This document shows, piece after piece, positions 7,308 through 15,513 of a DNA stretch of 25,335 nt. The notes under the pieces are model-generated. The model was not told where the DNA came from and ran no database searches. It worked only from the letters and a program-made list of their open reading frames with translations. The DNA is from a virus (lineage: Duplodnaviria > Caudoviricetes), in IMG/VR virus record IMGVR_UViG_3300032312_000624, positions 1 through 25,335 of that record, one strand, 5' to 3'. How positions within the stretch are numbered: the first letter of the stretch is position 1; each line of letters starts with the position of its first letter. A program made the translations under genes and the position numbers.

Positions 7308-7645
7308 TACTTGTAATCACCACGTTCTATAAATCTCGACTGCTGATCGCAGTATTGTTTAGCCAACTCCATGATCTTTTCGGGAGGAAAAACTTTTCCC
7401 ATTTCTTCTATCTTCATCGCTTCGCAGTATTGCTCTGCACACTTTTGCAAAGGTTTAACATAGATAGTATAGGCTTTGGGATGTCCTATATATTTTTTAT
7501 GCTTGTCAATGGCAGGCATCATAAATCTAGTTAACAACATGTCATGATCGTCAATGAAAAGTTTTAGATCCCCAGTCCAGTCAATCTCGTTTTGATCTGT
7601 ATCTTTAGGGCCGCCTAGCGGGCTGAACATTTCTTTTAATAGCAT
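7307..7645 (-). CDS. Hypothetical protein with MLLKEMF leader
   Basis: 112 aa; TAATG coupling on both sides. Confidence 0.8.
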   Translation of the reverse strand: MLLKEMFSPLGGPKDTDQNEIDWTGDLKLFIDDHDMLLTRFMMPAIDKHKKYIGHPKAYTIYVKPLQKCAEQYCEAMKIEEMGKVFPPEKIMELAKQYCDQQSRFIERGDYK

Positions 7646-8382
7646 TACCAGCTCCTACAGCTCCAATAACGTGCCTTCCAACGTGGTCCTGGATTTTTAC
7701 AGTTATGGCGAGCACGGAAAGATTTTCTACGTGCCGGATTTGATTTCTTAATACGCATTTTCTTATCGCCAAAGTTTACTTTGACAATCTTGCCGTTAGG
7801 TTTGCGTACATATACCTTTGATTTCTTAACATCGCCTGGTAGTTTTTTACCTAGCGGAACATTCTTTCCTTGATATTCGGCTTCGTCGATATCTTCGTCT
7901 TCTTCGATGCTTTCTTTAGGTACACAGTTAGGAACTGTGCGGCCACCTTTCTTCTTTGTTCCCACTGGCTTGTAGCCTTTCCAACAAGGATTATCTTTAG
8001 GATCACGAAGACCTTCGGCAAGTTCACCATCTAAAAATGCTAATCCTTCGTTGGCTAACATTTCTAAAGCATGATCATCTAGATCTATAACAATACCATC
8101 TTCTACAAAACCAACGATTTCTGTGGCTATTTCAAAATCCTCGGAAAAACTGATTCCAAAGTCGTCGCCGACTTCGAACCCTTCGTCGAAACCCTTGGTT
8201 TGAGCTTCTTTTTCTAGGTCCGCCTTGCGTTGAATGATAGCTTGGCTGATTTCTGGATCTTCAGAAGCGATGGGATCCATCTGTAGATCTTGCAGGGCTT
8301 TGCGTTTAGCCTGAAGATCTTCTTTATCTCTCAGTGCTGTTTCTGAGATTAGTGCATCTAGTTTTGACAAAAGGTCTCTCAT
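7645..8382 (-). CDS. Modular protein: acidic N-half, CWKGY...PNCVP module and basic SFRARHNC...YWSC module
   Basis: 245 aa; ISE|T, FDE|G, LAE|G, IDE|A boundaries; first gene after a late promoter. Confidence 0.8.
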   Translation of the reverse strand: MRDLLSKLDALISETALRDKEDLQAKRKALQDLQMDPIASEDPEISQAIIQRKADLEKEAQTKGFDEGFEVGDDFGISFSEDFEIATEIVGFVEDGIVIDLDDHALEMLANEGLAFLDGELAEGLRDPKDNPCWKGYKPVGTKKKGGRTVPNCVPKESIEEDEDIDEAEYQGKNVPLGKKLPGDVKKSKVYVRKPNGKIVKVNFGDKKMRIKKSNPARRKSFRARHNCKNPGPRWKARYWSCRSW

Positions 8383-8414
8383 AATATTCCTCGTGAGGCA
8401 ATACTATATTTACC
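8382..8414 (-). promoter_or_regulatory. Late promoter GGTAAATA plus SD-sequestering hairpin
   Basis: Promoter at 8414-8407; mRNA UAGUAUU-G-CCU-CACG-AGG-AAUAUUA (8406-8382) pairs across the GAGGA SD up to the A of the ATG. Confidence 0.65.
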
Positions 8415-8427
8415 TGTTGCGTAATGA

Positions 8428-8805
8428 TTAAAAACTAAAGGCTATTTGCTGTAAGGTGCCGTTTTGAATGTTGTAAGCACCGCGAATCCATACAAAATTA
8501 CCGCTAAAGTTGCGATTTATGGTAGTTGAAGCAAACTGTGCGCTGTCACCAGTAACTTCAGTGTCATCTGTACCACCGAATGTAGTGTTGGTAATATCAA
8601 ACCAGTCGGCTTCTGCAGGATCTACAGCTAATGTTGCTTGTAGTTTGATAGATCCAACAAACGAATCAACTTTATAGATGGCTGTGTGTAGGTTTGTTAG
8701 ATTTTGATGATAGCCAGCGCCGGGCTTTTTACCTGTGAAAAGATAAGCAGAGTCGGAAACCTCTGATGTAAGATTTTCTGCTAGAATGTGTATTTCAATG
8801 GACAT
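8428..8805 (-). CDS. Hypothetical protein, probably beta-rich
   Basis: 125 aa (GSIKLQATL...DWFDI...NFSGNFVWIRG); TAAATA 4 nt before the ATG. Confidence 0.8.
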   Translation of the reverse strand: MSIEIHILAENLTSEVSDSAYLFTGKKPGAGYHQNLTNLHTAIYKVDSFVGSIKLQATLAVDPAEADWFDITNTTFGGTDDTEVTGDSAQFASTTINRNFSGNFVWIRGAYNIQNGTLQQIAFSF

Positions 8806-8808
8806 CTG

Positions 8809-9486
8809 TTATTTATCGACTATTCGATGCTTGTAGACCTTGCCTACTACTTCTGAACTGCGCATAGAAAGCATAAGAAGGGTAGATTGACTATCTACAT
8901 ATATGTATCTGCGATCCCAGTTCCAATCAGTGTCTAAAAACCATTTTTTCACTGCTTGAGAAATTTTGATTTTGTCTCCTTGACTGTCTAACCAATCAAG
9001 ATATGATCGCTTGGCTTCTTTGTCGCCCTTCATTTTATGAGGACGCAGATATACCTTATATTCGTATCGGTCATACGGAAGTTTTGATACAAAAATAGTA
9101 GATTCGTTGTTGGGCTCGTTTTCAGTACCCGGTCTAGGTTCAAATCTGTGTTTTAAGATCATTAAGAATCTTTCACTCATATGATCATAGACATCTCGTT
9201 CATTGGTATAAAAATCTATATAATCTCTCTCGACACGCTTACTGATAGTTTCTAAACTGTTGGTTTTTAAATAATCAATGAGATCAGTGATCTGATCTCG
9301 ATTATTGAGCAGTTGTTCTAGATAGTATTGTCGACCCTTATATCCATTGATCAGCATGTCTTCTATTTCTTGTATAGTGTAGACTCTGAAACAACCTGCT
9401 CCTTTTAAGGAGAGGCTGACTTTATAAGAAAACTTATTGTAGAATTTTCTATTATAATGATGCGTTTTCTGAGACAACAGATCCAT
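8809..9486 (-). CDS. Hypothetical protein
   Basis: 225 aa; SD GAGGAGG inside the clpA 3' end; 35 nt overlap. Confidence 0.8.
   Translation of the reverse strand: MDLLSQKTHHYNRKFYNKFSYKVSLSLKGAGCFRVYTIQEIEDMLINGYKGRQYYLEQLLNNRDQITDLIDYLKTNSLETISKRVERDYIDFYTNERDVYDHMSERFLMILKHRFEPRPGTENEPNNESTIFVSKLPYDRYEYKVYLRPHKMKGDKEAKRSYLDWLDSQGDKIKISQAVKKWFLDTDWNWDRRYIYVDSQSTLLMLSMRSSEVVGKVYKHRIVDK
8810..8815 (-). promoter_or_regulatory. Putative late promoter core (A)TAAATA
   Basis: GATAAATA-ACAG-ATG, same spacing as at 4056. Confidence 0.5.
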
Positions 9487-11785
9487 TAGATACCTCCTCT
9501 GTGCTATTACTTCTCTTGAGTGCTTTTTTCTGCTGCTTGGTTAACAAGGGAGAAAAAGCAAAATCAAGTTTACCGTCTACCAAGCTGATATCTACCTGGC
9601 CACCGTTGACTAAATCGCCGAACAGTACTTTTCTACTCAAAGGAGATTTAATCTCATTGTCGATCAATCTAGCCAACGGCCTTGCGCCCATCTTCTTGTC
9701 ATAGCCTTTGTCTGCTAACCACTTAACAGTTTCTTTTGATGGTACGATCAAGATATTTTTATCTTTGAGCTGACCGTTTAGATCAGTGATAAACTTAGAA
9801 ACGATTTGGCATACAGTATCCATGCTAAGATTAGTAAACTTCACAGTGGCATCTAATCTGTTTCTAAACTCAGGGGCAAAGAACTTTTTAACTGCTTTGT
9901 CATCCTCACCTTCTCTCTCGAGCTCACCGAATCCAATAGAGTTACGCTCATTATCAGCAGCACCTAGATTAGACGTCATGATAAGAATACAGTTACGGCC
10001 ATCGGCTTGTTTGCCATTAGAACCTGTAACAAATCCATTGTCCATAAATGCTAACAGTACATTTGAAACATCGGGATGAGCTTTTTCAATCTCATCTAGC
10101 AATAGAATACAGTTAGGTGTTTCTTGAAGCTTGGTAATCAACTGTCCTGCATTGTCGTCATAGCCTACATAGCCAGGAGGAGCTCCGATCAATCTTGCCA
10201 CGGAGTGTTTCTCTTGATATTCGCCCATATCGAATCTAACCAGCTGCATGCCCATTTTATCTGCTAGTTGTTTCGCAGTTTCGGTCTTACCACAGCCTGT
10301 CGGACCTAAGAATAAGAAACTACCAATAGGCTTGTTAGGAGATTTCATTCCTGCCTGTGCTACAAAGATCTTATCCAATAAAGTATCCACAGCAGTGTCT
10401 TGACCAAAAACCGCAGTCTTCATTGATGTTTCCAATCCAGAAAGATTCTTGCTTTCTTTCTGTGCCACCGACTCCAATGGCATGTTGATCATTTTTGACA
10501 GTTCATAAACTACCTGCTCAACATCAACAATATTTTCTAGACCTTCTTCTAAGATATCATCTTTGAGTTTATATCTAGCAGAAGCACAATCGATAATGTC
10601 AATGGCCTTATCCGGTAGTTTACGATCGGCCATATATTTCACAGAAAGTTTTACTGCTTGATCAATGGCACCATCGGTAATTTTTACATTATGATGTTGT
10701 TCATAATATTTTTTAAGACCTTTGAGAATCTTAACAGTGACTTCTGATGTAGGTTCGTCGACGTTAACACGTTGGAATCTGCGCATTAACGCACGATCCT
10801 TTTCAAAGTGCTTGCGATATTCTTCCCAAGTAGTTGAAGCAACTACTTTGATAATACCTTTGGTCAACACAGGCTTAAGAATATTAGCAAGGTCGTTGGT
10901 ATTTTGATTAGCTGCACCAGCACCGCTCATCATATGAGCTTCGTCGATAAACAGAATCGATTTACCTTTGCGCTCTAAAGCTGTTAGGACTGCTTTGATT
11001 CTTTCTTCAAAGTCTCCACGATATTTGCTACCAGCTAGAAGCCCACTGATATCTAGACTATAGACAGTGTGATCTTGAATAAACTTGGGAACTTTCTTTT
11101 CAAAGATTTTACGAGCAAGTCCTTCGGCAATGGCAGTCTTACCTACTCCGGGATCGCCTACTAATAAAACATTACACTTGTTGCGTCTAGCCAACACAAG
11201 TTGAAGTTTTTCTAGTTCTTCATCACGACCAATGACCGGATCGATTTTTCGTTGTTTTGCTTGTAAACTTAGGTTAGTACAGAAAGTATTGATAATTTTT
11301 TCCATCTGGTTGGGATTCGCCACGGCTGTTTCTTGTTCGACTTCTTCTTTCTCTGCAACAATATTTTGAAAATATTTTATGAATTTTTCTTTGGTTAGCC
11401 CGCCCTTGTTTAGATAATAGCAGGCAAAAGAGTTTTTCTCACTCATAATACCAATGATCACATCTGCAACTTCTATACGTTGACGACCGCTGAACAGAAC
11501 CTGTGTAAAACATCTGTTCAAAACTCTTTCTACCGAATGAGTTTTTTTAGGTTTTGTATTACCAATGATTTTAATATCATTGAGATTGTTATTGATATAG
11601 TGTTCGATATTCGCTTTAATAAAAGCTGGATCGGCTCCGAAGTCTTTCATCATTTCGAAAGATTCTTTGTCGCTCATGATTCCAAAAAGTAGATGTTCGA
11701 GGGTAACATATTCATGCTCTAGTCTTCTTGCTACATCGACTGAGAACTCGAAAATTTGTTGTAGCTTATCACTGGGTTCGATCAT
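9452..11785 (-). CDS. clpA: ATP-dependent Clp protease ATP-binding subunit ClpA
   Basis: Clp N-domain (HEYVTLEHLL), two AAA+ modules (GDPGVGKT/FIDEAH; GPTGCGKT/LLDEIEKAH), GSKYRGDFE and APPGYVG pore loops, IGF ClpP-docking loop; no ClpB middle domain. Confidence 0.95.
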   Translation of the reverse strand: MIEPSDKLQQIFEFSVDVARRLEHEYVTLEHLLFGIMSDKESFEMMKDFGADPAFIKANIEHYINNNLNDIKIIGNTKPKKTHSVERVLNRCFTQVLFSGRQRIEVADVIIGIMSEKNSFACYYLNKGGLTKEKFIKYFQNIVAEKEEVEQETAVANPNQMEKIINTFCTNLSLQAKQRKIDPVIGRDEELEKLQLVLARRNKCNVLLVGDPGVGKTAIAEGLARKIFEKKVPKFIQDHTVYSLDISGLLAGSKYRGDFEERIKAVLTALERKGKSILFIDEAHMMSGAGAANQNTNDLANILKPVLTKGIIKVVASTTWEEYRKHFEKDRALMRRFQRVNVDEPTSEVTVKILKGLKKYYEQHHNVKITDGAIDQAVKLSVKYMADRKLPDKAIDIIDCASARYKLKDDILEEGLENIVDVEQVVYELSKMINMPLESVAQKESKNLSGLETSMKTAVFGQDTAVDTLLDKIFVAQAGMKSPNKPIGSFLFLGPTGCGKTETAKQLADKMGMQLVRFDMGEYQEKHSVARLIGAPPGYVGYDDNAGQLITKLQETPNCILLLDEIEKAHPDVSNVLLAFMDNGFVTGSNGKQADGRNCILIMTSNLGAADNERNSIGFGELEREGEDDKAVKKFFAPEFRNRLDATVKFTNLSMDTVCQIVSKFITDLNGQLKDKNILIVPSKETVKWLADKGYDKKMGARPLARLIDNEIKSPLSRKVLFGDLVNGGQVDISLVDGKLDFAFSPLLTKQQKKALKRSNSTEEVSNGSVVSENASL

Positions 11786-12276
11786 TTGTGTTTCCTAAGT
11801 TTATTCATAGCTAATTTTAACTTCAACGGACTGACGATGTCAACAAAGCAGACACCGTTTAAGTGATCTAGTTCATGTTGAAAACATTTTGCAATGTATC
11901 CGTCGAACTTGGCTTCGATAGTGTCTCCCTTGGAGTTTTGATATTCTCCTATGATCCATGAAGGTCTTTTAATACTGAGATACAGTCCTGGGTAACTAAG
12001 ACAGCCTTCTTGATCTAAAATCATTTCTTTACTGACTTCGATGATTCGAGGATTAAAAAGTGCGAATGGTTTAGGATATCCCGCAGTAGTTTCACTGCCC
12101 ATTACAAATATACGTTTAGTTAATCCTATTTGATTAGCAGCTAGACCTATGCCTCCAGCAAGAGCCATAAAGTCGCACATGTCTTTTTCTAACTGTTCTG
12201 GGTCTCCGTCTTTGCCAAAGATCCAGTCGTCGCTTTTTGTTACCAAACTATTGTGAGGTCCTAGTTTAAATTCCAT
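11782..12276 (-). CDS. def: Peptide deformylase
   Basis: GIGLAANQIG, EGCLS, QHELDHLNG motifs. Confidence 0.97.
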   Translation of the reverse strand: MEFKLGPHNSLVTKSDDWIFGKDGDPEQLEKDMCDFMALAGGIGLAANQIGLTKRIFVMGSETTAGYPKPFALFNPRIIEVSKEMILDQEGCLSYPGLYLSIKRPSWIIGEYQNSKGDTIEAKFDGYIAKCFQHELDHLNGVCFVDIVSPLKLKLAMNKLRKHK

Positions 12277-13102
12277 CTTTGATTTCTTTTACTTTTGATA
12301 TTGTTTCGTTAGAAAGATTCCTAGGAATGTCTACTTTGATTTTGATTAATAGATTTCCTCGAGACCTATTTCTCATATTAGGCATTCCTTCTCCTTTACA
12401 GCTTAACACTGTGTCTGGTTGTGTGCCTGCTGGAATACCTACATTTATAGTTCTGTTATCGATGGTGTCTAGATTAACATTGGTGCCTAACATCGCATCC
12501 CATACAGATATTCTGTGTTCGTAGATTAGATTATCTTTATCTCGATGAAATCTAGGATGTCTTGCTACACTGATATTGACTATTAGGTCTCCGGGCGGTA
12601 GTCCAGATATTGCATCATCCCCCATACCTTGATAGCGTATCTGCTGACCGCTTTCTACTCCAGATGGAATACTGATGTTAACGATTCTTTTCCTACCATT
12701 AGCAGTTCCTACTTCTGCTGTGATATCTTTACCTGTCAGTACTTCTTCTAATGTAAGTTCAACGCCAATACTATAGGTCATGTTTCTGCGCATAGGTCTT
12801 GAACCAAATCCGCCAAACCCAAAGTTTCCAAAAAAGTCGTTCATGTTATTAGTTCCAAAGTGGAACTCAAACGGTCCTTGATTGAATCCTCCGTGCTGCG
12901 GATTATTAGGATCCATGCCCATGTCGAACATTTCTTTTTTCTGGGGATCGCTGAGAGTGCGATATGCTTCTTCTATTTGCTTAAATTGTTTTTCGTCACC
13001 ACCCCGATCCGGGTGATGTTTCATTGCGAGGCTGCGGTAGGCTTTTTTAATGTCTTCTTGCGAAGCACCGCGTTTTAATCCCAGTGTAGAATAATAGTCC
13101 AT
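12266..13102 (-). CDS. dnaJ: Class B J-domain co-chaperone (DnaJ/CbpA-like, no Zn finger)
   Basis: J-domain with HPD, G/F-rich linker, C-terminal substrate-binding domains (GDLIV, GEGMP, GNLLI). Confidence 0.92.
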   Translation of the reverse strand: MDYYSTLGLKRGASQEDIKKAYRSLAMKHHPDRGGDEKQFKQIEEAYRTLSDPQKKEMFDMGMDPNNPQHGGFNQGPFEFHFGTNNMNDFFGNFGFGGFGSRPMRRNMTYSIGVELTLEEVLTGKDITAEVGTANGRKRIVNISIPSGVESGQQIRYQGMGDDAISGLPPGDLIVNISVARHPRFHRDKDNLIYEHRISVWDAMLGTNVNLDTIDNRTINVGIPAGTQPDTVLSCKGEGMPNMRNRSRGNLLIKIKVDIPRNLSNETISKVKEIKDGI

Positions 13103-13111
13103 GTTCTTATA

Positions 13112-13140
13112 AGTATATGAAAAAAATAGGACTGTGTCAA
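13112..13140 (-). promoter_or_regulatory. Sigma70-type (early) promoter for dnaJ-def-clpA
   Basis: TTGACA (13140-13135), 17 nt spacer, TATACT (13117-13112). Confidence 0.85.
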
Positions 13141-13148
13141 CAGTCCTA
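13120..13148 (-). terminator. Rho-independent terminator of the lysis operon
   Basis: TAGGACTG-TTGACA-CAGTCCTA followed by T7. Confidence 0.85.
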
Positions 13149-13176
13149 GATATTTAACAAAGGTTACTGAGTCGAA

Positions 13177-13404
13177 TTATTTTTTCTTAGCGTCTTCGAT
13201 CTTAGTGCCTTCGTGTTTTTGTCTAACCTTTACTTCTTTACAGTCTTGTTTTGGTTTTTTGGTTTTTGGATCAATCATAGGTTTACCATCTTTACCCTGT
13301 ATATCAACGCAGACCTTTTTAGTTTCTGGTTTCTTTTCTTCAGCAGCATATGTTGGAAATGCAACTGCTAATGCTAGACCTGCTGCAAAAATAATGTGTT
13401 TCAT
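13177..13404 (-). CDS. Small secreted basic protein with two Cys
   Basis: Signal peptide MKHIIFAAGLALAVAFPTYA|A; mature ~55 aa, Lys-rich; SD AAGGA. Confidence 0.8.
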   Translation of the reverse strand: MKHIIFAAGLALAVAFPTYAAEEKKPETKKVCVDIQGKDGKPMIDPKTKKPKQDCKEVKVRQKHEGTKIEDAKKK

Positions 13405-13421
13405 ATATTATTCCTTTAAGT

Positions 13422-13691
13422 TTATTTGACAGAATCAAAAATTTGTTTTTGAGTTTTATACCACTCAATCCATGCATCTACCTTGAGTTTGCATTCATGA
13501 TATTGAGCATAATTTTCAGTTACCACCGTGATAACTTTGCTGAGTTGTGTTGTGCCCTGTTCAATAGTTTTTAAATCTGGACAACTAACTTTTAGTTCCT
13601 CGGGTATTTCTGGAAAGTTTCTTTGTACAGGGGCTGTGCTAAGACAACCTGACAGCATGATCGCGATCGGGATTAATAAAAGATTTTTCAT
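13422..13691 (-). CDS. o-spanin (Rz1-like outer-membrane lipoprotein)
   Basis: Lipobox LSG|C, Pro-rich N-part, two more Cys; ATGA overlap with the i-spanin gene. Confidence 0.85.
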   Translation of the reverse strand: MKNLLLIPIAIMLSGCLSTAPVQRNFPEIPEELKVSCPDLKTIEQGTTQLSKVITVVTENYAQYHECKLKVDAWIEWYKTQKQIFDSVK

Positions 13692-14155
13692 TTTTTATCT
13701 CCCACAGATTTATTCTGCGCAGAAGAATTCAAAATATCTAATGCTTCCTGTGGTACCTTGCACTGTGCATCGATAATTTTTTCTTTTTCCACAATAACTT
13801 CCTTGATTCTATCCTGGAACACTTTGATTTCTTTTACCTTTGTGACGATTTTTTCTTGAATCTTGCTGTTTGCCTGTTTAGATTCTTCTTCCGCCTTTGC
13901 AACCTTGGCCTCTAGTTCTTTAACACGTTCTCTCCAAACCATTTCGGTGCCGTAACTACCAAAAAGGTAAGAACTGACTACAAGTATTATTACTCCTAGT
14001 ACTTCTGCAGGAGTTTTGTATCGGCTGATGATAGGTAACCATGCTACTAACTTACTTACAATGTATAGGCCAAAACCCAAGGCCATTAAGAAATAAGTTA
14101 TCCAGAGAAAAATACTATCTGGAATCAGGCTAACCATCCAGCCGATCTGCCACAT
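13688..14155 (-). CDS. i-spanin (Rz-like)
   Basis: N-terminal TM segments, long coiled coil, C-terminal Cys (QCKVP); lies between endolysin and lipoprotein. Confidence 0.8.
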   Translation of the reverse strand: MWQIGWMVSLIPDSIFLWITYFLMALGFGLYIVSKLVAWLPIISRYKTPAEVLGVIILVVSSYLFGSYGTEMVWRERVKELEAKVAKAEEESKQANSKIQEKIVTKVKEIKVFQDRIKEVIVEKEKIIDAQCKVPQEALDILNSSAQNKSVGDKK

Positions 14156-14156
14156 T

Positions 14157-14786
14157 TCAATGTGCTCCTAGTACATGCAGAGCGTGTTCGTAGTGTTTTT
14201 TGCGATCTTCTAGGCCAATAGTACCACCGTTGATACGTTTTGTTAGAGTTAAGATATCTCTAGAATCAGCCCATTGATTCAGTTTGTTTTGATCCCAGAA
14301 GAAGCAGGCACTTTGAACTGCGCCTTCGAATGTCTCGAGATACTCAGACACTTCTTCTAATGGTGTATCAATAGATGCGGCAAAAAAGGTATAGTTATTT
14401 TTACCAGTAAGTTGAATCAGCCCACGGCCTCTATATGTGTAACCGTCACCTGATGATTCATCTCCGTTGCCCATACGATTAGCATAGATTCTATTTGCAA
14501 TCATCTGTGGCTTGTTGGCATAGGCTGCTGCAATAGCATCGTCGGGGAAATACTTAGGAAATACTCGACGCAGGCTTGCTGCCTTATAGTTTAGATTTTC
14601 TTGTAAAAACTTAAATCCACCACTTTCATGTGCGCACTGAGCAATGAATGCTGCTACACGCTCCGGTGTGTTAATATCGTATTCTGGTAATATGTCATTG
14701 AGAGCATTGAACCAATAATCTAGATAAGCATTCTTTCCTATAATTTCGTTTAACTGACTTTTATTAAAATCAAAAGTAAAGCTCAT
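14157..14786 (-). CDS. GH19 endolysin
   Basis: AAFIAQCAHESGGF..LQENLNY, YRGRGLIQLTGKNNY, SACFFW, TKRINGGTIGLEDR; no signal peptide. Confidence 0.93.
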   Translation of the reverse strand: MSFTFDFNKSQLNEIIGKNAYLDYWFNALNDILPEYDINTPERVAAFIAQCAHESGGFKFLQENLNYKAASLRRVFPKYFPDDAIAAAYANKPQMIANRIYANRMGNGDESSGDGYTYRGRGLIQLTGKNNYTFFAASIDTPLEEVSEYLETFEGAVQSACFFWDQNKLNQWADSRDILTLTKRINGGTIGLEDRKKHYEHALHVLGAH

Positions 14787-14790
14787 TTTT

Positions 14791-15513
14791 TTAGATCCTT
14801 TGTAAAATCATGGTTTGATCGCCGTTGGTGAATAAAAACTTATCTCCAAACTTTGATATATCGTAATCGCCTAGTACTTTGGTCATCCAAAATATTTCAG
14901 CAGTTGATGCTTCGTCTACACTGATAGTTTCTTCTACTATTTCTTTTTCTTCAGGCAACCATTTCATCTGTATTTTTTGATTAAATGGTTTATGGATTGT
15001 AATGATGCTTCCATCTAGAGAAAGATCGTCCATTAGGGTTTTATTAAAGAACTTTTTAACACCCTCTGTTTTAACTTCGTTTAAGAAACTTTCGTAGGCT
15101 TCTGGTGTTGATGGAATAACAGATCTAAGTTCTTGTTCGTTGGCAATGAACTCTCCGTCTTTTTTATGATAACGGAATTTAAAATCGTCAATACCTGTTA
15201 GCTTTCTAACACCGTAGGTTAAATCTTTGATCTGTTCAGATAGACGTGGAGTTCTGCTTAGTTCGACAAATACATGATATCTGCCTTCTTTATCTTCCCC
15301 GGCACTGACATCAGCATCTAGAACAAAGTTATAACCCTTTTCAATAAACTCCATTAAATCTCTTGCAGGAAATCTGTCAGCGACAACAAAGCTCAATACA
15401 CAGACGTCTTTGTCCTCGCCCATCTTAGATTTGAAGGAATCGATTTCAAAGATAGGATCGATCATTTCTTTTAAATCTAGAGGTCTAAGACCTTCAAGCA
15501 GTTTGTTCAGCAT
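14791..15513 (-). CDS. Hypothetical phage protein
   Basis: Start reassigned to MLNKLLEGLRPLDL (15513), which has purine-rich GGAAGGGG upstream and a shorter overlap than the ORF-track start at 15549. Confidence 0.75.
   Translation of the reverse strand: MLNKLLEGLRPLDLKEMIDPIFEIDSFKSKMGEDKDVCVLSFVVADRFPARDLMEFIEKGYNFVLDADVSAGEDKEGRYHVFVELSRTPRLSEQIKDLTYGVRKLTGIDDFKFRYHKKDGEFIANEQELRSVIPSTPEAYESFLNEVKTEGVKKFFNKTLMDDLSLDGSIITIHKPFNQKIQMKWLPEEKEIVEETISVDEASTAEIFWMTKVLGDYDISKFGDKFLFTNGDQTMILQRI

Noticed and set aside
13151-13156. TAAATA just upstream of the lysis terminator
   Set aside because: A transcript from it would terminate within ~35 nt; a 6-mer in AT-rich DNA is expected by chance.
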